Assembly (NCBI GenBank): GCA_963799485.1
Contig: CAWCXJ010000009.1
Coordinates: forward strand, 1 to 64,000
Length of the DNA: 64,000 nt
Origin: an uncultured Trueperaceae bacterium
GTDB taxonomy: Bacteria > Deinococcota > Deinococci > Deinococcales > Trueperaceae
Reading direction: 5' to 3'
The position numbers were made by a program, and so were the translations under genes. Of this stretch, positions 29,747-38,908 are shown piece after piece. Within the stretch, counting starts at the first letter, position 1. The number at the start of each line of letters is the position of its first letter. The notes beneath the pieces were generated by a model, which worked only from the letters and a program-made list of their open reading frames with translations, was not told where the DNA came from and did not search any database.

Positions 29747-32700
29747 TCACGGTGCCGCGCCGGGCGCTGCGGCCTGCTGCCACAGCTCGCGCAGGTTGTA
29801 GTTGACGCTCGCTGCGCCGAAATCCGGTTCGCGGACAAACGGCGTTTTTACATAACGCACGGTAGTTGCGTCCCCGTCAACCTCGACAAGTGCCAGGATA
29901 AACTGCTCGGGCTTGTTGAGCGCGGTCAGGATTTCATTTTTGGTGACGGTTACGGTGTCTGCGCCCTTAACGCGGCCTTTGACCTCGATAAAGCGCAGCG
30001 AACCGTCCGCTGGGTTTCTAGACTCGACGTCATAACCGATTTTTTGTGCGCCCACGTCGCGGGGTTCAAACCCTAACTCACGCTCGGCAGCCATCACCGC
30101 GTCCATCGCCAGCCGCTCGACGCGGACGGTGTCTCTCGCCCGCTGCCAGGTCTCGGCCTGTGAGCTGAGGAGGCCACCGGGGACGACCAACACCGACCCG
30201 ACGATGACGGGCGGGCGTTGCGTCATGCGGGCCTCGTCGTCCAGGTCTTTCATCCGGGTCTCGAGGCGGATTTGCAGGTCGTCGGCACGCCGCTGGGCGA
30301 GCTGTGGGTTCATCCGGGGTTGTTTGCCCGCTTCCTCTTGTAGCTTGAGTTCGGCGGCGCGGTGATCCCAATAGGTGATCTCTTTGGTCAGGCGGTCTTT
30401 GACCGCCGCCCGCGTTTTGACGATAAGGCTCTCCTTACGAGCCTTGACCTCGGCAAAGTGTGCAGGCATCAGGTGTAGGACGGCGTGGTTCAGGGCTTCA
30501 CGCTCGAGGGTTTCTTTCTCAAACGGGTGCGCTTCCAAAGCCGCTTCTACTTCGGCCTGTTCGTGAGGCTCGAGGGGGCGGTAGTCGAGGTAGGGCGCGT
30601 AGCCAGCACTCCGGGCTGCACCGTCAGCGGCGAGTTCAACAAAATGCAGCTGTTTGGAAAGCGTCAGCGGGTTGCCGTTACGGTCTTTGCGCCCGTCTTG
30701 GACGGTGTGTTCGAGGTAAAAAAGGGCGCGTAATTCGGTGCCGGGGTCGGTTTCGTCTACCAGCACTGCGCCTTGCGTCAAGAGATTTTTATGACGCTCG
30801 AGGGTTAGGTCGCTCACAGCATTGACCAGAGGATGACCCGGAACCAAAAACTCCGCAGACGGTTTGCCCCGGACGTTGACGAGTGATTTTTCAAAGGTGG
30901 CACGCTCGTAACGTGGCAGTACAGGGCTGCGGAGTCCCAACTGACGGTCACGGCGGACGATCACCGAAGGGATGTGCGTAATTTCAAAGCGTCCCGGCTC
31001 ACGTTCAAAGAGGCTGCCACCAAGAGCGCGAAACGCCGTCAAGAAGTAAGAGGCGACAAAGTGCGGTTGTAAGCGGCGGGCTTCAGCTCGCTCCATCATC
31101 TCACGGATACCCTGCACTCGGTTGGCGTCCATCGTGTCCTGCGCCAGCGCATGGTCGCTCAAGAGGTCGGTGAGGTGCTCACGGTCAAGCGCTGAATCGA
31201 CAACTTCATCGAGCCGTGCTCGAACGTCGGGTTGGTCGCCGTAGCGCACGGCTTCCAAGAGCAAATCACGGAGCGGTTTGTTAGCGAAGTTGAGTTTGCC
31301 GAGTACATCGAAAACCCGACCACCCAGCGCCTCACGTTCACGCTCGAGCTTTTCAAAGAGCTGCTGAAACACATCGCCTTCACGGGTCTCTTGCGCGACC
31401 AGATTCCAGAGGTGACACACTTCGGTCTGACCGATACGGTGAATCCGGCCAAAGCGCTGCTCGAGGCGGTTGGGGTTCCAAGGCAGGTCGTAGTTGACCA
31501 TCAGGTGCGCGCGTTGCAGGTTGATGCCTTCCCCTGCGGCGTCGGTTGCCAACAGCACCAAGACGTCTTTGTCTTGGGTAAACGCAGCCTGGACTTTCTG
31601 TCTTTCCTCGCGTCCAATCCCGCCGTGAATGACCACGACCGCCTCGGCGCGACCTAGCAGCCGGGTGATGCGCTCGTGAAGATAGCTGAGCGTATCGCGG
31701 TGTTCGGTGAAAATCACGAGTTTGCGCCGACCCCCCGCCTCGTCTACGATCTCGCGGTTTTCTTGCAACAGTTTGGAAAGCTCTTCCCACTTGCGGTCGG
31801 TACCGCTTATGCGGGCTTGGTAAGCCAATGCCTCGAGCCGTTTGAGGGTGGCGATCTCGGCCTCGAGTTCGGCAACCGTGCGTGCCGCCGACGCCTGATC
31901 AACTACCTTTTCTGCCGCAGCTTCGGCTTCGGCACCCGGCAATTCGTCGTCAAAGTCGTCCGGGTCAAAGAACAGGTCATCAAATTCGGTGACGGCTCCA
32001 CCACGCTTCAGCAACTTTTCTTCTCTGACTCTGGTTTCTAGCCGGGCCCGCCGCCGCGCGAGGCTCTGATAGATAGCTTCGGGGCTCGAGGCCAACCGCC
32101 GCTGCAAGATGGTTAGGGCGAAACCGACGGTGCCTTTACGCCCGCCCTCGGCGAGGGCGTCCACCCGGTTGAACTCCTCGCGCACGTAATCAGTGACTTC
32201 GGCGTAAAGTTTGGCCTCGAGGTCACTTAGGGCGTAGGGGATGGTATGCGCTCTACGTTCGGGGAAGAGCGGTTTGCCGTCAAACTTAACGAGCTGCTCT
32301 TTGACGAGTCGCCGCATCAGGTCGGAGGTATCGACCTGGTGGACGCCATCACGAAACTTACCCTCAAAACGGTCGCCGTCTAAGAGCGCCATAAAGAGCT
32401 GAAAGTCGGCGTCTTTGCCGTTATGGGGCGTCGCGGTCATCAAGCAGAAGTGCCGGGTGATCCGGGAGAGAACCTGACCCAACTTGTAACGTTTGGTGTA
32501 GTTGACTTCGCCCCCAAAATATGAGGCGGACATCTTGTGGGCTTCGTCGCAGACGATCAAATCCCAATCGGTCAGCTCGAGCTTGGCGAGCAGGTCTTCA
32601 TTACGCGAAAGCATATCCAGACGGGCAATCACCAGTGGCGCTTCGGCCAGCCAGTTGCCTGAGCGTGCTGTCTCGAGGCGGTCGTTGGTCATAATCTCAA

Positions 32701-33259
32701 ACGGCAACCCAAACCGGCTGTCAAGTTCGTCTTGCCACTGCTCGACCAAACTGCCAGGACAGACGATCAGGCAGCGGCTTAAGTCCCCTCTTACGAGCAG
32801 CTCTTTGATAAACAACCCGGCCATGATGGTTTTGCCTGCGCCAGGGTCATCTGCGAGCAAAAAGCGGAGGGGTTGCCGCGGCAGCATGGCCTCATAGACG
32901 GCGGTGATCTGATGAGGAAGCGGCTCGACTTGCGAGGTGTGAACCGCTAAGTGTGGGTCAAAAAGGTGCGCCAGCCGGATACGGTGCGCCTCTGAAACGA
33001 GCCGAAGTAGCCCTCCGTCTGCGCTCAAGTTCCAGCTGAGTCCGGCTTGGGTCAGCTCGAGTTCAGCTTCACGGTCGCGGTAGAGCATTTCACTGCCCGT
33101 CTGACCCGCCACAGTTTTGTAGGTCAGTTCAACCGCAGCCGAGCCGTACCACTGGGTTGCGAGGACGGTAACGGTTTCTCCGGGGATGATGCCTTTGACA
33201 TCTGCGCCAACGTTCAGCTCTTCAAGCTGCACAGGTGAGGTCTCCAAATCGTCGAGCAC
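29747..33259 (-). CDS. SNF2 helicase-DUF3883 nuclease, copy 2
   Basis: Intact 1170 aa. Differs from copy 1 at EAAVV/EAVVV and PFDVDA/PRDVGA. Confidence 0.93.
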   Translation of the reverse strand: MLDDLETSPVQLEELNVGADVKGIIPGETVTVLATQWYGSAAVELTYKTVAGQTGSEMLYRDREAELELTQAGLSWNLSADGGLLRLVSEAHRIRLAHLFDPHLAVHTSQVEPLPHQITAVYEAMLPRQPLRFLLADDPGAGKTIMAGLFIKELLVRGDLSRCLIVCPGSLVEQWQDELDSRFGLPFEIMTNDRLETARSGNWLAEAPLVIARLDMLSRNEDLLAKLELTDWDLIVCDEAHKMSASYFGGEVNYTKRYKLGQVLSRITRHFCLMTATPHNGKDADFQLFMALLDGDRFEGKFRDGVHQVDTSDLMRRLVKEQLVKFDGKPLFPERRAHTIPYALSDLEAKLYAEVTDYVREEFNRVDALAEGGRKGTVGFALTILQRRLASSPEAIYQSLARRRARLETRVREEKLLKRGGAVTEFDDLFFDPDDFDDELPGAEAEAAAEKVVDQASAARTVAELEAEIATLKRLEALAYQARISGTDRKWEELSKLLQENREIVDEAGGRRKLVIFTEHRDTLSYLHERITRLLGRAEAVVVIHGGIGREERQKVQAAFTQDKDVLVLLATDAAGEGINLQRAHLMVNYDLPWNPNRLEQRFGRIHRIGQTEVCHLWNLVAQETREGDVFQQLFEKLEREREALGGRVFDVLGKLNFANKPLRDLLLEAVRYGDQPDVRARLDEVVDSALDREHLTDLLSDHALAQDTMDANRVQGIREMMERAEARRLQPHFVASYFLTAFRALGGSLFEREPGRFEITHIPSVIVRRDRQLGLRSPVLPRYERATFEKSLVNVRGKPSAEFLVPGHPLVNAVSDLTLERHKNLLTQGAVLVDETDPGTELRALFYLEHTVQDGRKDRNGNPLTLSKQLHFVELAADGAARSAGYAPYLDYRPLEPHEQAEVEAALEAHPFEKETLEREALNHAVLHLMPAHFAEVKARKESLIVKTRAAVKDRLTKEITYWDHRAAELKLQEEAGKQPRMNPQLAQRRADDLQIRLETRMKDLDDEARMTQRPPVIVGSVLVVPGGLLSSQAETWQRARDTVRVERLAMDAVMAAERELGFEPRDVGAQKIGYDVESRNPADGSLRFIEVKGRVKGADTVTVTKNEILTALNKPEQFILALVEVDGDATTVRYVKTPFVREPDFGAASVNYNLRELWQQAAAPGAAP

Positions 33260-33469
33260 ACGGCCTACGTTCCCCGGCGTTACGGTTCATGTGCTCTCAT
33301 TAGTTCAGACCATGCTAAGGCATTTTTCTAAACCAACGCAAGAAGTTTTTTACGTCTCATCAAGGTGTAGTTTGAAGATGAAAAAATGTTCGTACCCTAT
33401 TCGTACCCCAAAAGAAAAAACGGCCACCTTACAGAAGTGACCGTCTCCGCGTTTCTCGCGTCCCTGACG

Positions 33470-33493
33470 TGGTGCAAAGAGCAGGACTTGAAC
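33470..33493 (-). other. tRNA 3'-end fragment (att-like core), copy 2
   Basis: Identical to 15945-15968, with the same terminator and repeats. Confidence 0.7.
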
Positions 33494-33509
33494 TCACACG
33501 TAAAGATGT

Positions 33510-33639
33510 AACTCTACTGAAGGTGGGATCAACCACCTGAAGCTTATCGAACGGCAGCTGTCTGGACGTAGGTCGTTTAGCCTGCTCCGCAAGCGCATTC
33601 TGCTAGCTCCTCGAAAGGCACTGCGTTGACAGGTGAACC
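33510..33639 (+). pseudogene. ISL3 transposase remnant, copy 2
   Basis: Same as 15985-16114. Confidence 0.7.
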
Positions 33640-33738
33640 AATTTCCTGTTGCTTTCTCCTGCTTTGTCGATATTTTGAGACAAGAATAGAGGGTCAGAAG
33701 CCTTCAAAACAACCACTCTACTTCGTGTCACGTCTGTG

Positions 33739-34089
33739 CTATTTCTGCTTCTGGACGATTCTGCGTGCTTGCCACGCCCTCCAAGCTTGCCAGCCGACGC
33801 TTATACCTACAACAGCTTCCCAACCGACCAACACTAAGCCAACTAAAAGTGCCAAGAGCGCGAGCAGCAAGTTGCCGATGGGTGCAAGAACAGTAGCGAG
33901 CAGCGCAATAGTCAGCACCGCGAAGATGACGCTAAACCACAAAAGCGGCTCGAGCCACAACCAGCGGTAAAAGCCGTAGAACATCACCGCTGCTAGAGCC
34001 GCGATAGGCCACGCCTCGAGCCAGCCCATACCAACAAGCGTTAGCGCCAAGCAGAAGAAGATCATCAGAAGCCGGCCTTCGTGCATCAC
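33739..34089 (-). CDS. Small multi-pass membrane protein, copy 2
   Basis: Same translation as 16214-16564. Confidence 0.65.
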   Translation of the reverse strand: MMHEGRLLMIFFCLALTLVGMGWLEAWPIAALAAVMFYGFYRWLWLEPLLWFSVIFAVLTIALLATVLAPIGNLLLALLALLVGLVLVGWEAVVGISVGWQAWRAWQARRIVQKQK

Positions 34090-35141
34090 GTCTCCTCGGG
34101 GTCGATATACCGCTTACGCGTTCTAGGCGGGAATTGATCAGGTTGTTCCCGCTTCGCCACGTTCTTATGCATATGTGCTCCCGTCATGTTCGTAGAGTTC
34201 TTTCTAGGTACTTTCTCGTCAGTAGGTACGAGTGCGGCGTCCGGTAGCTCGAGCCTCGCCAACAACGTCGGCGGCAACTGTGCCCTCTCCCGCAACACCT
34301 TGAGGTCGGGAAACCCCAACCGCTTACCTCGGATCGGCATCGCGTCCCGGCTCAGTACGATGACCTCATCGCGCCCAAGCATCCGCACCTCGTCGGGCGT
34401 TAGCAGCGGACGGGTTGTGTAACCCTGGGTGATCGTCTCCTGTGAGAACAAGCCAGGTGCCCGGCTCCGCCGCTCCTCGGAGACACTCTTCTGCCCCAGA
34501 TTGCGGCTGATGTACTCGGCAGTCTTAAGCGACAGGGCACCGTGAAAGACCTTGTGGTGACAGTTTGATAAGATGGTCTCGCCGCCGTTTAGTCCATACG
34601 TGTCCCAGAGCTGGTCGAGCGCCTGCACATAAAGCGCCAGGCTGACGTTACGCCCGGCTAAGGTTGCGCTGTGGGCAGGCAAGTTGGGTACTCGCACCCG
34701 TCCGGCTTCATCTAATGCGAGGATGACGGGGCGATGTGGGGTGGTGGATGTTTTGTCGGTCTCTCTAGCTAGGGCCGTAATCAGCGCCGTCAGAATCAGG
34801 TTGAGCGGCCCGGAGAGGCTCTCGAGTTCGTGTTCAGGCCACATTAAGTACACGGTCGTCGTGCGGGTGAGGAGGTCTCGAGCCTGAAAATCTGCCTTAG
34901 AGGTAAGCGTCAGTACCCCCGGCAGCAGATACGGCTTCGTGCGTTTGACGAGGGCGTTCCAGACCGAGACGATATGACCGCGTGGCGCGTTGAAGTGCTC
35001 GTCGGTTGCCTCTTCGGGCGGCATTCCCAAGAACGTTTCTAAGAACTCGGCGGTGAGGTCGTCTGGCACGGTCGCTAACGCCTCGACAAAGGCGCGGCCT
35101 GATCCATGTGCCTGACGTAAGAGCTGCTGTAAGTAAACAAG
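34086..35141 (-). pseudogene. VirD4/TraG coupling protein fragment, copy 2, 5'-truncated by IS3
   Basis: Runs ~95 bp further than copy 1, then meets the IS3 left end. No Walker A or TM anchor region is present. Confidence 0.85.
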
Positions 35142-35209
35142 AGAAGTGGACCCCTGAAAGCGGACAGACCCCTTAGTTGAAAGCACTAAGCTTTCAGAAG
35201 GGGGAAGAG

Positions 35210-35491
35210 ATGAAAAAGCAGAGACGAAACCACTCAGCTGCATTCAAAGCCAAGGTTGCACTAGCGGCAGTCAAAGAGGAGAAAACACTCGCTGAGTTGT
35301 CGCAACAGTTTGGGGTTCACGTTCAGCAAATCTCGGCCTGGAAACGGCAGCTGCTCGAGCAAGCAAGCGATGTGTTCGAGAGCGGTAGCGACAAAAAGCG
35401 TAACTTCGAGGCCGAGGTCAAAGAGTTGCACGCCAAGATCGGCGAGCTAACGATGGAACGAGATTTTTTGTCCAACAAGTCAGGTCGTTGA
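35210..35491 (+). CDS. IS3 transposase OrfA (HTH)
   Basis: MKKQRRNHSAAFKAKVALAA...FGVHVQQISAWKRQL...LHAKIGELTMERDFL. Confidence 0.88.
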   Translation: MKKQRRNHSAAFKAKVALAAVKEEKTLAELSQQFGVHVQQISAWKRQLLEQASDVFESGSDKKRNFEAEVKELHAKIGELTMERDFLSNKSGR

Positions 35492-36384
35492 GCCGCACCG
35501 AACGTAAAGCGATGGTCAATCCTAAGACGCAGTTGTCGGTGGTCAAGCAGTGTCGTTTACTTGGTGTGAGCCGTTCGTCGGTGTACGACCAGGGAGCGGT
35601 CGTGTCAGACGAGGAGCTCTCACTCATGCGTCAGCTTGACGAAATCCACCTTGCCCGACCCTTCCTGGGAAGCCGTCGGCTGGTTGACGAACTCAAAGAC
35701 CGTGGTCTTACAGTCAACCGCAAACGGGTTCAGCGCTTGATGCCGATCGTGGGCATTACCGCCGGTTATCCCAAGCCGAGAACGTCCAAAGCCGCCAAGG
35801 GACACGACGTCTACCCCTACCTCCGACGCGGCCTCGATTTTGAGCGAGCCAACCAGGTATGGGTCGCCGATATTACCTACTTGCCTATGGCTGGAGGTTT
35901 CTGCTACCTCGTTGCGGTCATGGACTTGTACAGCCGCAAGATTCTCAGCTGGCAACTGTCGAACACGCTCGACCCACGCTTTTGCGTCACTGCCCTTGAA
36001 GAAGCGCTGCAACGCTACGGTTCACCTGAAATCTTCAATACCGACCAAGGTGCTCAGCTCACATCTCAAGTATTCACCAGGTTACTCGACCGGCATGGCG
36101 TCCAAATCAGCATGGACGGCAAAGGTAGGTGGATTGATAACGTCTTTATCGAACGCTTCTGGCGCAGTCTCAAGTACGAAGAGGTTTATCTTTTCGCCTA
36201 TGGCGACCTGGCTGAAGCCCGAACTGGCCTAGATCGCCACATGCGCTACTACAACGGCAAACGGCGTCACAGCAGCTTGGGCAAGCAAACGCCTGATGAG
36301 GTGTACTATCAAGCGACGAGCAACCCTGCACGATCTGCTCTAAAGGTTCCAGGTCAGGCGTTGACGCCTGAACCTTGCTCGTGA
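35488..36384 (+). CDS. IS3 transposase OrfB (DDE integrase core)
   Basis: NQVWVADITY, IFNTDQGAQ, ERFWRSLKYEEV. Confidence 0.92.
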   Translation: MSRTERKAMVNPKTQLSVVKQCRLLGVSRSSVYDQGAVVSDEELSLMRQLDEIHLARPFLGSRRLVDELKDRGLTVNRKRVQRLMPIVGITAGYPKPRTSKAAKGHDVYPYLRRGLDFERANQVWVADITYLPMAGGFCYLVAVMDLYSRKILSWQLSNTLDPRFCVTALEEALQRYGSPEIFNTDQGAQLTSQVFTRLLDRHGVQISMDGKGRWIDNVFIERFWRSLKYEEVYLFAYGDLAEARTGLDRHMRYYNGKRRHSSLGKQTPDEVYYQATSNPARSALKVPGQALTPEPCS

Positions 36385-36434
36385 ATAAAGTTAGGAACTA
36401 ATCGGGTGCTGTCCGGCGGATGGGGTTCACCTTT

Positions 36435-37277
36435 GTGAACACTGGAACGCCCACCTGTTAGCGACCAAACTCATCGAACTGGCGATTGTCACAACGGTAT
36501 CAAGCGAGACTGTTCGAACCAGGCTAAAAAAAACAAACTCAAACCTTGGTTGAAAGAGCAATGGTGTATAGCTCCAAAGCAGAGTGCTGAGTTTGTTTGT
36601 GCGATGGAAGATGTGCTTGCGGTGTATCACCGACCCCATGACCCCAAACGTCCGCTGGTATGTTTCGACGAGGGCACAAAACAGTTGACCAAAGAAATGC
36701 GTTTAGCTTTACCGACTCGACCTGGCGAGATAGCTAAATACGACTATGAATACGAACGTAACGGGACGGGCAACCTGTTTATGTTTTTCGCGCCTTTAGC
36801 GGCTTGGCGGCACGTCAAAGTCACAGAAAGACGCACCATGATCGATTTTGCACGGTGTATGCGTGACTTAGTTGACATCCATTTTCCCAAAGCCGAGAAG
36901 ATTATTCTGGTTATGGACAACCTCAACACCCACAAACTCGCGTCGCTTTACAAAGCTTTTGAAGCTGCTGAAGCAAGACGTATCATCGAAAAGTTAGAAC
37001 TTCACCACACGCCTAAACACGGTTCCTGGCTCAATATGCGGGCAGGCCCGGAAGGTGCTGTTTTGCCCAAGACGGCAGAGATTGAACTCAGTGTGTTACA
37101 GCGGCAATGTCTCAAAGCGCGTATACCTCAGCAGCAGGCCTTGAACGACAGTCTCAATCTCTGGCAAACGGTTCGCAACACCTCCAAAGCTAAAGTGACC
37201 TGGCGCTTTACAACTGAGGACGCACGTATTAAGCTCCATAGTCTCTATCCGTCAATAGATGTTGGCTGAACTACTAG
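36435..37277 (+). pseudogene. IS630-family transposase, 5'-truncated
   Basis: HWNAHLLATKL..VSSETVR then an A-run at ~36526-36533, VCFDE, DYEYERNGT, LVMDNLNTH, TPKHGSWLN. Ends at CTACTAG. A 36-bp in-frame insert splits the SWLNxAE motif. Confidence 0.85.
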
Positions 37278-37426
37278 GTCTCCTTTGGTCAGCCTGACCA
37301 TGTTTGCTGCAAGATGCTTTTGTGCTGTCTGGACGGGTAGGTTTTATCTGCCCAGGTGTTTCCGTGTGTCCGCATCCTTATATACTGCTTTATGCCATTC
37401 GGTAAATCTGCTTCCGGAGAAACCGT

Positions 37427-38908
37427 TTGAAGATCTCTGTCCTCTACCTCGCGCTCCTTTTCGGTCTGGTCGCTTGCACGCCGGCCTCAGCGCCAGACGC
37501 GCGTGGCGGTGCGGACTTTGTCCTTTGCCGCGCAGTGGAAACCGCGCCGAATCCGGTATGGCAGGGACTTGGGGGCTGGCTCTTCAACCGCGGCGATATG
37601 ATCGCGCGTTTCGACCCCGGCGTACCCGTGCGTTCCGACCTGGCGCGGCTGGCCCAGGCTTTTAGGCTGCAAGGCGTGACGCTCGTTGCTGTGGTTTTGC
37701 CGACGCGCGCAAGCGTTTATGAGGGCCAGCTCGACCGCCGGAAACCTGTTTTTGCCGACTATTCGGCGGCGGCGGCGCGGCAGTCTTACCGAGACTTTTT
37801 GGCCGAACTTCGCGCGGCTGGAATACTCGCGCCCGACCTCACCTTGGAGATCGACCCCTTGCCGGTTACGACAGCACCAGCTGGTACAGCACCAAACACT
37901 ACAGCACCAAACGCTACAGCACCAAACGCTACAGCACCAATCGGCATGGCCCAAATCGGTACCGCACCCGCCGACCGCACCGCCTTTTACTTTAAGTACG
38001 ACCAGCACTGGACGAGTATCGGTGCGCGGCGCGCGGCAGCGGCGGTTGCAGCAACGCTCCGACCGTTACCTGCTTATCAGAAGCTCGAGAAAACCCGTTT
38101 CCGCACCCGCTCACAGGGCTGGGTGACGCAAAAGGGCTGGTTGCAAGAACGCGCTGAAAATCTTTGTCACATCACGCTCCCCGACGAAACGCTCGAGGTC
38201 TTTACCACTGCGCCGGTAGCCGACTCGAAACCCGGTCGGGCTACCGCAGCGGCGCTTTTCGCCGAGCCTGTCGCGCCGCCTGTGACCCTCGTCGGGACGA
38301 GCAACAGCAAACGGCTCCCGGACAAACCCGACCTCAACTTTTCCGGCTTTTTGCGGGAGTCTTTGGGGCTCGAGGTCTTTAACGCCGCGTTCGCCGGGGC
38401 CGGGGTTTACGGTTCGCTGCTGCCATACCTGCACTCGGACGAGTACCGCGCCGCTAAACCCAAGTTTATCGTGTGGGAGACGCTGATTTGGGACTGGCAC
38501 AACCGTCTGGGTTTGCCCGACGAACACCGTCAGGTGATTCCAAGTGTTTACGGTGCGTGTACCCCGGCAGCGGGGCTATTACCGACCCTTACCGAGGCGG
38601 ACGACCAAACGGATTTTACGGTGCTGCGTAACGGTGCAGCTTTACCCCTGCAGGGCCACGACTACTTTATCTACCTCGAGGTTGAAGACCGGGCGCTCGT
38701 CGATTTTTCGCTCGAGCTCCGCTACGCCGGGGGACAAGCGGAGAGCGTTCGGCTGGTTCACATGACGCGGGTTCCGAATCCGGGCCGGTTTTTTCTCGAG
38801 CTTTCAGATGAACTGCCCAACTTTCAAAGCGCCGCCATCAAAGCGCAGCGGGAGGTAACGGGCGTGGTGCGGGCGCGTATCTGCCGGGCTCCTTCAGCGC
38901 TGCCCTAA
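37427..38908 (+). CDS. AlgX/AlgJ-like SGNH O-acetyltransferase lipoprotein
   Basis: Lipobox LVAC, GWLF, YFKYDQHWT (D-x-H), LVGTSNS (catalytic Ser), PKFIVWE, and a C-terminal CBM-like domain. Confidence 0.75.
   Translation: MKISVLYLALLFGLVACTPASAPDARGGADFVLCRAVETAPNPVWQGLGGWLFNRGDMIARFDPGVPVRSDLARLAQAFRLQGVTLVAVVLPTRASVYEGQLDRRKPVFADYSAAAARQSYRDFLAELRAAGILAPDLTLEIDPLPVTTAPAGTAPNTTAPNATAPNATAPIGMAQIGTAPADRTAFYFKYDQHWTSIGARRAAAAVAATLRPLPAYQKLEKTRFRTRSQGWVTQKGWLQERAENLCHITLPDETLEVFTTAPVADSKPGRATAAALFAEPVAPPVTLVGTSNSKRLPDKPDLNFSGFLRESLGLEVFNAAFAGAGVYGSLLPYLHSDEYRAAKPKFIVWETLIWDWHNRLGLPDEHRQVIPSVYGACTPAAGLLPTLTEADDQTDFTVLRNGAALPLQGHDYFIYLEVEDRALVDFSLELRYAGGQAESVRLVHMTRVPNPGRFFLELSDELPNFQSAAIKAQREVTGVVRARICRAPSALP
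37871..37940 (+). repeat. 15-bp in-frame tandem repeat (TAPNA-like x~5)
   Basis: ACAGCACCA-NNNNNN units encoding TAPAG TAPNT TAPNA TAPNA TAPI. Confidence 0.9.

Larger units (their letters stand above)
17522..35046. repeat. Tandem direct duplication, copy 2
   Basis: Identity ends after ...TTTCTAAGAAC (35046). Here the VirD4-like gene continues, whereas in copy 1 the IS follows. Confidence 0.97.
35142..36434 (+). mobile_element. IS3-family insertion sequence
   Basis: Imperfect IRs GTGGACCCC..CGGACAG (35146) / CTGTCCGG..GGGGTTCAC (36430) enclose orfA and orfB. Ends are approximate. Confidence 0.88.

Noticed and set aside
37039..37074. SRP RNA gene or group II intron at the IS630 insert
   Set aside because: Far too short, the motif match is partial, and there is no GUGYG start or domain V.
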